From Bacteroidales bacterium (GTDB lineage Bacteria; Bacteroidota; Bacteroidia; Bacteroidales; UBA932), in NCBI GenBank assembly GCA_017546585.1, contig JAFYWC010000098.1:360-64359 (forward strand): a stretch of 64,000 bases of DNA. Direction: 5' to 3'. Below are positions 1 through 7,413 of the stretch, in pieces. Every line of letters starts with the position of its first letter. Within the stretch, counting starts at the first letter, position 1. The notes below the pieces were generated by a model. It was not told the DNA's origin. It saw only the letters and a list, made by a program, of their open reading frames with translations, and made no database searches. The translations under genes and the position numbers were made by a program.

Positions 1-101
1 CGGTCGCCCAAACCGCCTTAAAGCGCGGTTCTCTGCCACCGTTCGGGTGAATTACCCTCCATTTCCGCCCGAACTGTCTGCCGTGCAGATAACCGATAGA
101 G

Positions 102-195
102 TTTCCGGGACAAGAGCCCGTATCCCTCTGCCTTCGGACTCCACACCTTGTGCGAGTTTCCGTGCAAAGTGGCACAAGGTGTCCTGCAAAATGCC
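102..195. repeat. Direct repeat copy A (~94 bp) containing a 40-bp palindrome (143-182)
   Basis: TTTCCGGGACAA...TATCCCTCTGCCTTC...ACACCTTGTGC-N18-GCACAAGGTGT-CCTGCAAAA aligns by eye with 2242-2334; weaker similarity extends left to about 85 and 2225. Confidence 0.9.
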
Positions 196-225
196 TTTTA
201 AGTTATTATTAGGGGTAACAAAATA

Positions 226-2142
226 TTACAAAATCTCTACATCTTCCCAACCAGGAATCGCAGTGTTAGAGATGGTCTTGGTATTTGTTCCTCCGAAGAT
301 TCTGCTGAATTCACTAAGGTATACATCTGCAATCCTTCTGTTTGAATTGCCGGTTTCATCACTAGATGGGTGAACATCATCTGTGCAGAATGTGCTCCAA
401 TCTCCTATGTCGCCAATCGTATTATAGACATTCACGATATCTAAGTCCCAGATGTTTGCAACAGCTTGATTGTAGTACAATAATGTGGCTGTGAGATTAA
501 AGTCAGATCGATACAGACCAGTGCTAGACATTGCCTGACGTACCCAAGGACTATCAAGAGCGAAATAATTACCAATTATTATTTTGGCATTTGGATTAGC
601 CTTATTTATAGCATTAATTATCCTTTCCATACACATCAAATAACTTCCTTCTTCTGAAAGTCCTTGAGTGTTTGTGATTGTTGGGACATATGATGAGTTG
701 TAATTTTCTTTATTTAGAGCTAAAAGGTTTGTTGCTCCATATATACCAATTTCAAAATCATAGGATGTAGAAATGTAATATCCTGCTTCCCAAAGCATAC
801 CGAAAACTCCATTTACACCCCATAAGTCATTAAATCCGTGGTCTATAACGATGGTTTGACAATTGTCAAGTGTGCCGTCAATATAGGGTATAATTAATGA
901 CTCATATGACAAGGACTGAACTGCTGAAATCTGTTCATTTACCCATTGTTCGCCCTTCCCATCTTCATCTTTGTATCTTGTCATTAGTCGCTCTCTGTAG
1001 ATTTGCTCTGCTTCTTGTTTTGTCTGTGATAGGCCTCCGCCTTTTTTATAATCCCAATTCTGAATCAGCCAATCCATCGCATCATATCCACCAGGAAATG
1101 GCTCGGGAATTCTAAGCACTTGTGTGGCTGCAATAGAATTATTAACAACTTCAAGTCCAGTTGCGTTAGATATCATCTGCGGATAGTTGTTTGTTTGGGA
1201 ACCGGCAGGGATAGATGTGCCCACCCATAAGATCTTGCCACCGGGGACGTTTTTCGTCCAGGCGTTTTCGGTGGAAAGGCTTGACGCAGCGACGCCGTCC
1301 GCAGATACTTTGATTTTCAGCTTGTAGCGCTTGCCGCCTTTGAATGTTATTCCATTGCTCGCGAAATATAGCGGTTCGAATGTCTTCGGGGTGCCGTTCA
1401 CGTTCGCGGTGACAACGAGGCTTGGCCTATTGCTGCTTGTCGATGTATACGGATGGAAAATTGCCTCTGCTGTATTGATTCCATACTGGACGCCCGCATT
1501 CATATACATATCAATCTGCTCATTGTTCGGAGCGGCTGCGCTTATGTGTGACATCGTCTCATAGCTGAATACGCCGCCCATCGAGACATTCTTCAGCTTG
1601 ATGGATGTCACGGAAACATTCTCCCCGGCTTCATAAATCACCTGGATCTTGGCCATCAGATGGCTGAAGCACACGTCTATGTGGTCGCCCTGGATGGTTA
1701 TGCCATTGTCTGTGCTTGCGCCAAGTATATCGTTGCTGATGAATTTCTCATCGGTTGTCTGGTCGCTTGAGATAATGATGGCTAATTCATTGTTCTTGTC
1801 GAGTGCGGTTCCGGCAGGAACTGTCAATGCTTTTACCTGCACATTGCTGTGGTCGTTGCTGGCCCAGCGGATTTCTCTGATGTCTGTTTTGTATGTATTG
1901 CTGTCGTCAGCTTTAGTCATTGTCAGCAATGAATAATTGAAGTTCTCGTCGCCCTGATTGATGTCCATTACGAACTCGGCAGGTAGGGTAGCGGCATCAT
2001 ATCCGGCCTTGATCTGGGAGCCCACCTGAGAACTCACAGTGATGCAACCAGCCCCTTCAGGCTGTTCTGGGAGCATCTTCTCGTTGCAGGAAACGATTGA
2101 GAATATTGTGATCAGTGCAGTAAAAGTCTTGAGTAGTTTCAT
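226..2142 (-). CDS. Lipoprotein: N-terminal fimbrillin (type V pilin-like) domain fused to a C-terminal SGNH/GDSL hydrolase
   Basis: Lipobox IVSC; pilin-like N-half (ITVSSQV...IKAGY; FSHLMAKIQV; FKGGKRYKLKI); SGNH blocks ILWVGTSIP, DHGFND and DDVHP all present. Confidence 0.8.
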   Translation of the reverse strand: MKLLKTFTALITIFSIVSCNEKMLPEQPEGAGCITVSSQVGSQIKAGYDAATLPAEFVMDINQGDENFNYSLLTMTKADDSNTYKTDIREIRWASNDHSNVQVKALTVPAGTALDKNNELAIIISSDQTTDEKFISNDILGASTDNGITIQGDHIDVCFSHLMAKIQVIYEAGENVSVTSIKLKNVSMGGVFSYETMSHISAAAPNNEQIDMYMNAGVQYGINTAEAIFHPYTSTSSNRPSLVVTANVNGTPKTFEPLYFASNGITFKGGKRYKLKIKVSADGVAASSLSTENAWTKNVPGGKILWVGTSIPAGSQTNNYPQMISNATGLEVVNNSIAATQVLRIPEPFPGGYDAMDWLIQNWDYKKGGGLSQTKQEAEQIYRERLMTRYKDEDGKGEQWVNEQISAVQSLSYESLIIPYIDGTLDNCQTIVIDHGFNDLWGVNGVFGMLWEAGYYISTSYDFEIGIYGATNLLALNKENYNSSYVPTITNTQGLSEEGSYLMCMERIINAINKANPNAKIIIGNYFALDSPWVRQAMSSTGLYRSDFNLTATLLYYNQAVANIWDLDIVNVYNTIGDIGDWSTFCTDDVHPSSDETGNSNRRIADVYLSEFSRIFGGTNTKTISNTAIPGWEDVEIL

Positions 2143-2164
2143 ATTTTGCGAATCAATATCCGCA

Positions 2165-2172
2165 CAAATTTA
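2165..2172 (-). promoter_or_regulatory. Bacteroidota -7 promoter element for the pilin-SGNH gene
   Basis: TAAATTTG on the minus strand matches TAnnTTTG, ending 22 nt before the ATG. Confidence 0.6.
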
Positions 2173-2241
2173 GTGGTTTTTGGTGAATTTACCGTGTGAG
2201 AGTTGGAGGTGGATAGGATAGGAAGCGGATACCCGGCAGAC

Positions 2242-2334
2242 TTTCCGGGACAAACCCCGTATCCCTCTGCCTTCAGGTTCCACACCTTGTGCGAGTATTC
2301 CTGCATATAGGCACAAGCTGTCCTGCAAAACGCC
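2242..2334. repeat. Direct repeat copy B containing a 40-bp palindrome (2282-2321)
   Basis: Same orientation as 102-195; arms ACACCTTGTGC / GCACAAGCTGT (one mismatch) around an 18-nt spacer. Confidence 0.9.
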
Positions 2335-2355
2335 GTTTTGATGTAGTTTTACACT

Positions 2356-2395
2356 ACACCTTTGGCGACTTTTGCCCTATAGGCGCCAAAGGTGT
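2356..2395. repeat. Third 40-bp ACACCTT...AAGGTGT palindrome
   Basis: Perfect 12-bp arms ACACCTTTGGCG / CGCCAAAGGTGT with a 16-nt loop; same total length and terminal heptamer as the other two. Confidence 0.85.
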
Positions 2396-2442
2396 TCGCT
2401 ACTGCTGTTCGGCCTCTTCCCAGCCGAGGCTGTATGCATAAC

Positions 2443-2485
2443 ACAAAAGACCCCTGCGACAGAATGTGGATTCTTGTCACAGGGT
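2443..2485 (-). terminator. Intrinsic terminator downstream of rubredoxin
   Basis: On the minus strand, hairpin ACCCTGTGACA...TGTCGCAGGGGT followed by CTTTTGT. Confidence 0.65.
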
Positions 2486-2529
2486 ATGTGCGATATGAAA
2501 TTAAGCAAATAGCGGCTACGCCGCCTGTT

Positions 2530-2694
2530 TTATCCGTTCCACTTCTCGAAGTGCTCCTTTCCGACGCCGCAGGCCGGGCAGGTCCAGTCTTCGGGGATGT
2601 CTTCGAATGCCGTTCCCGGAGCAATGCCACTTTCCGGATCTCCCTCTGCCGGATCATAGATGTATCCGCAGACGATGCAAATGTACTTTTCCAT
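2530..2694 (-). CDS. Rubredoxin (54 aa, not in the ORF track)
   Basis: Hand translation [54 protein letters not shown]; canonical CxxCG...WxCPxCG rubredoxin pattern. Confidence 0.97.
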   Translation of the reverse strand: MEKYICIVCGYIYDPAEGDPESGIAPGTAFEDIPEDWTCPACGVGKEHFEKWNG

Positions 2695-2966
2695 ATAACA
2701 ATGTGTCTATAAGTCGTTCGGGGATTGGGTATCAATATTTGTACCGACGGATGGATTGCGTAAATAATAAAATATTTGCCAATGCTACTTTATTATTGGA
2801 CACTATATACAAGTTTGTACTTAATGTAGCATCTTAGGCTTTAAATGGTATAGGTGTAAACTAGACTAGGGTATGTGAGAAGCGCTCATTTGTGAGATGT
2901 AAATCCTATATACCTTGAGCGACTTTAAGTCAAACCTAAGGTGTGAACTGATATATCATTCCATTA

Positions 2967-3413
2967 CTATCTTGGTGTAGTTAAATGAATTCTTATATTT
3001 TTAAGCAGTTCATCCAAAGATAATATTGGCAGATTAAGTCCTTGAATAGGTGTATTTTTTTCATATACATATAGAGCTCCTCTCATGAAACCAACAGCGA
3101 TATCTAGCATGTACTTTACTTCCTCCTCTTTAGCGACCTCTTGTGGAGTCAAAGATTCAACTTTCTGCCCCCAACTATCAATTTTAAAAGCCAAGGTGAC
3201 ATCGTAAGAAAGTACTTGATCTTCTTTTGATTTTATTATAAGATAGAACTTTACTTGAACTATATCTAGTCCTTTTGCATAAAACAATTCCGAGCGGACT
3301 CCTAGAGATAAATCTTTCTTAATCTCAGTAGATTGTATATCTATGGTCCTATTGTAGGTAAAAGGACTTTCAATAGCATTTATGAAGATTATTTTGTCCA
3401 TAATATTATCCAA
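2967..3413 (-). CDS. SecB-like chaperone (putative CmdC-type TAC chaperone)
   Basis: 148 aa; beta-rich middle and C-terminal GFMRGAL...TPIQGLNLPILSLDELL, resembling the SecB-fold terminal helix + LP motif; last gene of a coupled trio. Confidence 0.65.
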   Translation of the reverse strand: MDNIMDKIIFINAIESPFTYNRTIDIQSTEIKKDLSLGVRSELFYAKGLDIVQVKFYLIIKSKEDQVLSYDVTLAFKIDSWGQKVESLTPQEVAKEEEVKYMLDIAVGFMRGALYVYEKNTPIQGLNLPILSLDELLKNIRIHLTTPR

Positions 3414-3786
3414 TTTGGTTTATATAGTACATAAGTGACGATTGCTGGATGCAAAATTCAGAATCAAACATGTCGTCATCTAAGTCAATATGCTCTGTTA
3501 AATCGCATCTTCCTAAACATGTTATAGTCCCATCCATACCTTTTTTTCTATGCCACAAGAACCTTTCTGAAGAAATTTGAGAAAGATATCTTAAACCAAC
3601 ACTTTGTTGCATATAGTTCAAAACCATGTCTTTAGTAACTCTCAGTAATAAGGAACTAAAGTAATGCGGTTCGGAACACTCTTGCTGTATTGCAATATAA
3701 AGGATACTGCTTGCATCATCTACATATAGTGATGCATATGGACTACCATAGTCTTGTAGTACCCCTAAAAGTTTAAGGTGCATCAT
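3406..3786 (-). CDS. Putative antitoxin (CmdA / DUF6575-like)
   Basis: 126 aa; middle gene overlapping its neighbours by 14 and 8 bp; DYGSPYASLY start and acidic C-terminal tail. Assignment is mainly positional. Confidence 0.45.
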   Translation of the reverse strand: MMHLKLLGVLQDYGSPYASLYVDDASSILYIAIQQECSEPHYFSSLLLRVTKDMVLNYMQQSVGLRYLSQISSERFLWHRKKGMDGTITCLGRCDLTEHIDLDDDMFDSEFCIQQSSLMYYINQIG

Positions 3787-4372
3787 AACTGTCGATTTTT
3801 ATTGGTATATAATCCTTGTCAATTAGAGAAACAACATCTACACCAGAGTAAATATATACTTGCTTATGTACCGCATCCTCCGATGGCCCTATCAATCCAC
3901 AGTCTTTGGTGTAATTTATTTTAGCGATATAATCTCCCTTTGACGTAATCCATTTATTAATAGCCCCTTGTCTTTTTTCAGGTGACTTTGCCTTCGATAA
4001 ATTCTTATTTAAATTACGATGCCATTCATTAATTGCATCTTGCTCAGTTATAAAATGTGAAAGTGTAAACCATTTAGTATATTCATCTATAACTTCTTTT
4101 GGAGCACCTTCCTGAGGTCTCTTCAAGGTATCTGGACTATTGGGATTGCTTTCTTGAAATATTTGTGGCTTAAAATCATCTTCAATATAAGGTTGATGTA
4201 CCCATCTGTACAGAGATATATCTTGTGGTTTATTATCACTTTCTATAGCAGATAAGAAGGGCTCAAGATAATCATGATAAGCTAGCACTAGTCCATTCTT
4301 ATTTTGTTTCTTTCTCTTAGCCTTTCTTTTAAGTTTTGCCTTTCGTATCTTTTGTCGTTTCTTCTTAATCAT
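3773..4372 (-). CDS. Putative ADP-ribosyltransferase-fold toxin (CmdT-like)
   Basis: Motifs LYRWV...DFKP...TLSHF(I)TEQDA resemble ART strands 1/2; first gene of a toxin-antitoxin-SecB order; highly basic N-terminus. Confidence 0.5.
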   Translation of the reverse strand: MIKKKRQKIRKAKLKRKAKRKKQNKNGLVLAYHDYLEPFLSAIESDNKPQDISLYRWVHQPYIEDDFKPQIFQESNPNSPDTLKRPQEGAPKEVIDEYTKWFTLSHFITEQDAINEWHRNLNKNLSKAKSPEKRQGAINKWITSKGDYIAKINYTKDCGLIGPSEDAVHKQVYIYSGVDVVSLIDKDYIPIKIDSYDAP

Positions 4373-4393
4373 TATATCTTTCTTAAGAATTTA

Positions 4394-4401
4394 CAAAAAT
4401 A
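4394..4401 (-). promoter_or_regulatory. -7 promoter element for the TAC-like operon
   Basis: TATTTTTG on the minus strand, ending 21 nt before the toxin ATG. Confidence 0.5.
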
Positions 4402-4530
4402 GTAAAATTTTGACAGTTTCATTAACTATTGTCATCTTCTTTTTGATCAGTTCTATGATCCATTGTATAACATCATGCATCAAAACGTTCAGAGATTCAA
4501 AGGTTACTCGGTATTTTGCATATATTTCAC

Positions 4531-5852
4531 CACTAGTGTCCAATAAAATTTAAAACTTAAACTCAAATTGAAGTTGAACAGTCTCATCATCCGCATCCTC
4601 GATAGTTTCAGAGCCTTTGAAAAGGTCTCTGATGGAGGTCTTGTCGGTCAGGACTCTGCTCAGTACTCGGAGGACATTGAACGTTGTTCTTCCAAGCTGG
4701 CAGTCGTGCTCGACGATGGCCACGAGGCAGTATGTGATGACTGCAACATATATCTGTATTCTCACAGCGTTCTCGCTGGTTCCCCAAAAGGAGAGCACAC
4801 GAAGATGCTGTTTTATCCACCTGAAGAACAGTTCCACCTGCCATCTCTGCTTGTAGAGCATTGCAATATCCTTAGCCTTGATCGTAAAGTCATTAGTAAG
4901 GAATGTGAACGTCCTCTTCAGTTCAGGAGCATAGTAAACTATCCTCCTCAGCTCGGATGGGTATTTGGTTTTTGTCAACTGACCAGTCAGTCTTATGGTC
5001 TGATCAAGCAGCACATTGTCATCCCCATCCAACAGTTCATCTCCAGCCACAACTTCGTACTTGAGATGATCCTTCGCTCGGATGATAAACATAGAACCGA
5101 TGCTCTGGATTCTATACAATCTGGCAAGGTCATAGTATCCTTTGTCAAAGATATAGAACGCATTAGGCTCGTAAGGTATCTCATCCATTGCATTCACGTC
5201 ATGAAGTTTCGCTTCAGTAATGTGAATGTAGGTAGGAATCTGAGTGACCACATCAAACAAGGTGTGCACCTTGATTCCGCTCTTGGTTTTGCGGAAGTAT
5301 GCCCACTCGAACAGACTCATGCAGAGATCTATCGTCGTCGAATTGAACGCGTAGAACTTGCCATTGAGAACGAACGACCTTGTGATTCTCTTGCTCTGAG
5401 CAAGGTTGATCATATGGTAGGCAAACTCCTCAAATATCTTGTAATCTCGGTTGGCGTTAGCATAGGACAGATTGCTCAGCTTTATGTCACCGCTACCGAA
5501 ACCGAGATGGTAGCTCTTACTCTTGATGGCGTCAATGATTGCCGCAACTTCTCTGAGACTGTCACAGCCTGCGAGTTGTCCGAACATCATGACAAGAAGT
5601 TGATTCCAACAGGTGAAATGCTTCACCCACTTATCACCTTCGTATCTCTTTACGATACCATCAAAGACTCTTTTAGGAAGAAAACTAACGAGTTGACTGA
5701 ATATGTATTTGCCTGCATTCATGCTTGTCCGATCTAATGTCGGCAGCAAATATGCGAAATCAATTCAAATCGACACGCGGTGTTTTCTGTTGTATTTAAT
5801 TATATATTAATAAGTTACAAAGGTTTGTCAAAAAATCTTTTGGACACTAGTG
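4531..5852 (-). mobile_element. IS4-family insertion sequence
   Basis: Perfect 13-bp terminal inverted repeats CACTAGTGTCCAA (4531-4543) / TTGGACACTAGTG (5840-5852) enclosing the transposase; no target duplication visible. Confidence 0.9.
4550..5722 (-). CDS. IS4-family DDE transposase (DUF4372 N-terminus), first catalytic Asp replaced by Asn
   Basis: Likely start MNAGKYIFSQL (ATG 5722); motifs YAFNSTTIDL (family usually DSTTI), FDKGY and YKQRWQVELFF. Confidence 0.9.
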   Translation of the reverse strand: MNAGKYIFSQLVSFLPKRVFDGIVKRYEGDKWVKHFTCWNQLLVMMFGQLAGCDSLREVAAIIDAIKSKSYHLGFGSGDIKLSNLSYANANRDYKIFEEFAYHMINLAQSKRITRSFVLNGKFYAFNSTTIDLCMSLFEWAYFRKTKSGIKVHTLFDVVTQIPTYIHITEAKLHDVNAMDEIPYEPNAFYIFDKGYYDLARLYRIQSIGSMFIIRAKDHLKYEVVAGDELLDGDDNVLLDQTIRLTGQLTKTKYPSELRRIVYYAPELKRTFTFLTNDFTIKAKDIAMLYKQRWQVELFFRWIKQHLRVLSFWGTSENAVRIQIYVAVITYCLVAIVEHDCQLGRTTFNVLRVLSRVLTDKTSIRDLFKGSETIEDADDETVQLQFEFKF

Positions 5853-5898
5853 AAATTTATTATATATTTGCTAAAAGCAACAATTAACGAGATTGCCC

Positions 5899-6120
5899 AT
5901 GAAACCAATTATTCAAAAAGTGTCCTTTTATCCATTCTCGTACTCTCAACTACCTAGGAAAGGATTTTATGCTATCATGCGTTATAATACAGTCCTTCAC
6001 AAATGGGTTATAATAGGAAAACAATATGGTATGGAAATTGACATCATTCAATATGTTCGAGAATTGAATGAGGATGCTGGATTAATCACTGAAGATTTCA
6101 TTGTTGGATACGAAGAGTAG
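5899..6120 (+). CDS. Hypothetical protein (73 aa)
   Basis: ATG at 5899 preceded by TATATTTG (5863-5870); no recognisable family. Confidence 0.45.
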   Translation: MKPIIQKVSFYPFSYSQLPRKGFYAIMRYNTVLHKWVIIGKQYGMEIDIIQYVRELNEDAGLITEDFIVGYEE

Positions 6121-6265
6121 CATTTTTACTGGAAGGGATTATGTCTTCCCCGCATTTTCCACATTCAATACTGAGGTGGTTCAATTCCATTATGTGTAAT
6201 GGAAGTAATTCACCTGTTATAAATTCAAATCCACAATGGGGGCATTTTATAGAAAAACAGTTCAT
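6098..6265 (-). CDS. Small Zn-ribbon protein (55 aa, not in the ORF track)
   Basis: Hand translation MNCFSIKCPHCGFEFITGELLPLHIMELNHLSIECGKCGEDIIPSSKNATLRIQQ*; two CxxC motifs and an AT-rich leader. Confidence 0.6.
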   Translation of the reverse strand: MNCFSIKCPHCGFEFITGELLPLHIMELNHLSIECGKCGEDIIPSSKNATLRIQQ

Positions 6266-6287
6266 AATTTTTAGTCTTTATACATAA

Positions 6288-7315
6288 ATATACCATTAAA
6301 CTAAAATATAGTCAATCTATTACATAATTTAAGCAACTAATTTAACAACCTTTACATCGGTATAAGATACAATACCTATGGACTTACAGAACATATCAGC
6401 GAAGCGAGTGGATTCACTCGCTTTTCTTGTATTATAACGGTACACAGCCTCGTCAATGTACCTCTGAAGGTAGTCCTTGCTAACGAAATGATATGTACCA
6501 AAAACCATACGCTTGAAATGACCCCAAAAACCCTCAATGCTATTGGTTGTGATACCATCCTTGGAGAACTCCTTCTTGCCGTGCTCAATGACACTATGCT
6601 TCATTCCCGCTCCGTCAAGGCAAATGTATGAAGACAACTCGTCTGTGAAGAAATGAGAGTTTTCAGCACAGAACTGCTTGATGATTGGAAGCAAGGTGGA
6701 TGCTTTGGTATCGGTTACCTTGATAGCATGAACGAGACCATCACGCTGAACCATTCCGAAGATTGGAGTCTTAGTTTTGGTTGAACGACCCTGTGTACCC
6801 TCAGTCTTCTTAGACTGATGCTTGTTGGTTTCTCTACCACCAAGGTACATTTCGTCTAACTCAATCTCACCTTCAAGAGCAGGTGTATCGTACTGAGCGA
6901 AAAGGGTACGAACCTTCTGCAAGATGAACCACGCTGTTTTCTGCGTTACATCAAGGTCACGTGATAACTGGTGTGAAGGTATGCCCTTCTTGTGAGAAGA
7001 GATAAGGTACATCGCCATAAACCACTTTTGAAGTGGGAGTTTTGTATTGTGGAAGATTGTACCCACAAGACAAGAGAAACGCTTCTTGCAATCAGCACAT
7101 TTGAACTGATTGTCACCATTGGAGCATGCGTAAGTATGGGTGCATCCACAGAACGGACAAACCACGTTACCACCCCAACGCTGCTCAGTGATGAAATCAC
7201 GGCAACGCTTGTCAGAATTGAAATGATTGACGAGTGAAATGAGTGAATTGAAGTGGTTAAGCGTAAGTTTCATAGTAATCAGTAGGTTATCTATAATTAT
7301 ATACCAATAAACTAA
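6288..7315. repeat. 17-bp direct repeats (16/17) flanking the IS1595 transposase
   Basis: ATATACCATTAAACTAA (6288-6304) and ATATACCAATAAACTAA (7299-7315). Confidence 0.7.
6329..7273 (-). CDS. IS1595-family (ISXO2-like) transposase
   Basis: N-terminal Zn finger CPFC...CADC; IELDEMYLGG, FTDELSSY and TNSIEGFWGHFKR motifs intact. Confidence 0.95.
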   Translation of the reverse strand: MKLTLNHFNSLISLVNHFNSDKRCRDFITEQRWGGNVVCPFCGCTHTYACSNGDNQFKCADCKKRFSCLVGTIFHNTKLPLQKWFMAMYLISSHKKGIPSHQLSRDLDVTQKTAWFILQKVRTLFAQYDTPALEGEIELDEMYLGGRETNKHQSKKTEGTQGRSTKTKTPIFGMVQRDGLVHAIKVTDTKASTLLPIIKQFCAENSHFFTDELSSYICLDGAGMKHSVIEHGKKEFSKDGITTNSIEGFWGHFKRMVFGTYHFVSKDYLQRYIDEAVYRYNTRKASESTRFADMFCKSIGIVSYTDVKVVKLVA

Positions 7316-7330
7316 CCTATTGTTACCAAA

Positions 7331-7356
7331 AAGTCCAGTCTTTTTCGACTGGACTT
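7331..7356. terminator. Hairpin / probable terminator
   Basis: Perfect 10-bp arms AAGTCCAGTC / GACTGGACTT, preceded by an A-run (U-tail on the minus strand). Confidence 0.5.
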
Positions 7357-7413
7357 CAGTTATTTATGATATTTTTAGTGTAAACACGTATATCGTTCCC
7401 AAAGAATAAGTGT

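Noticed and set aside
102-2395. 40-bp palindromes as a CRISPR array or integron attC sites
   Set aside because: The spacing is irregular (2.1 kb and 34 bp), there are no cas or integrase genes in the window, and the RYYYAAC/GTTRRRY attC ends are absent.
2349-2837. ORF-track entries 2349-2735, 2392-2712 and 2607-2837
   Set aside because: They overlap the clear rubredoxin gene and hairpins in other frames and lack protein-like features.
4568-5737. 389-aa ORF antisense to the IS4 transposase
   Set aside because: It mirrors the transposase codon for codon and has no recognisable motif; best explained as a shadow ORF.
6269-6308. Possible dif/Xer site beside IS1595
   Set aside because: The minus strand has a partial XerD-like arm (TTATGTATAAA) but no XerC-like arm, and the second repeat copy lacks even that.
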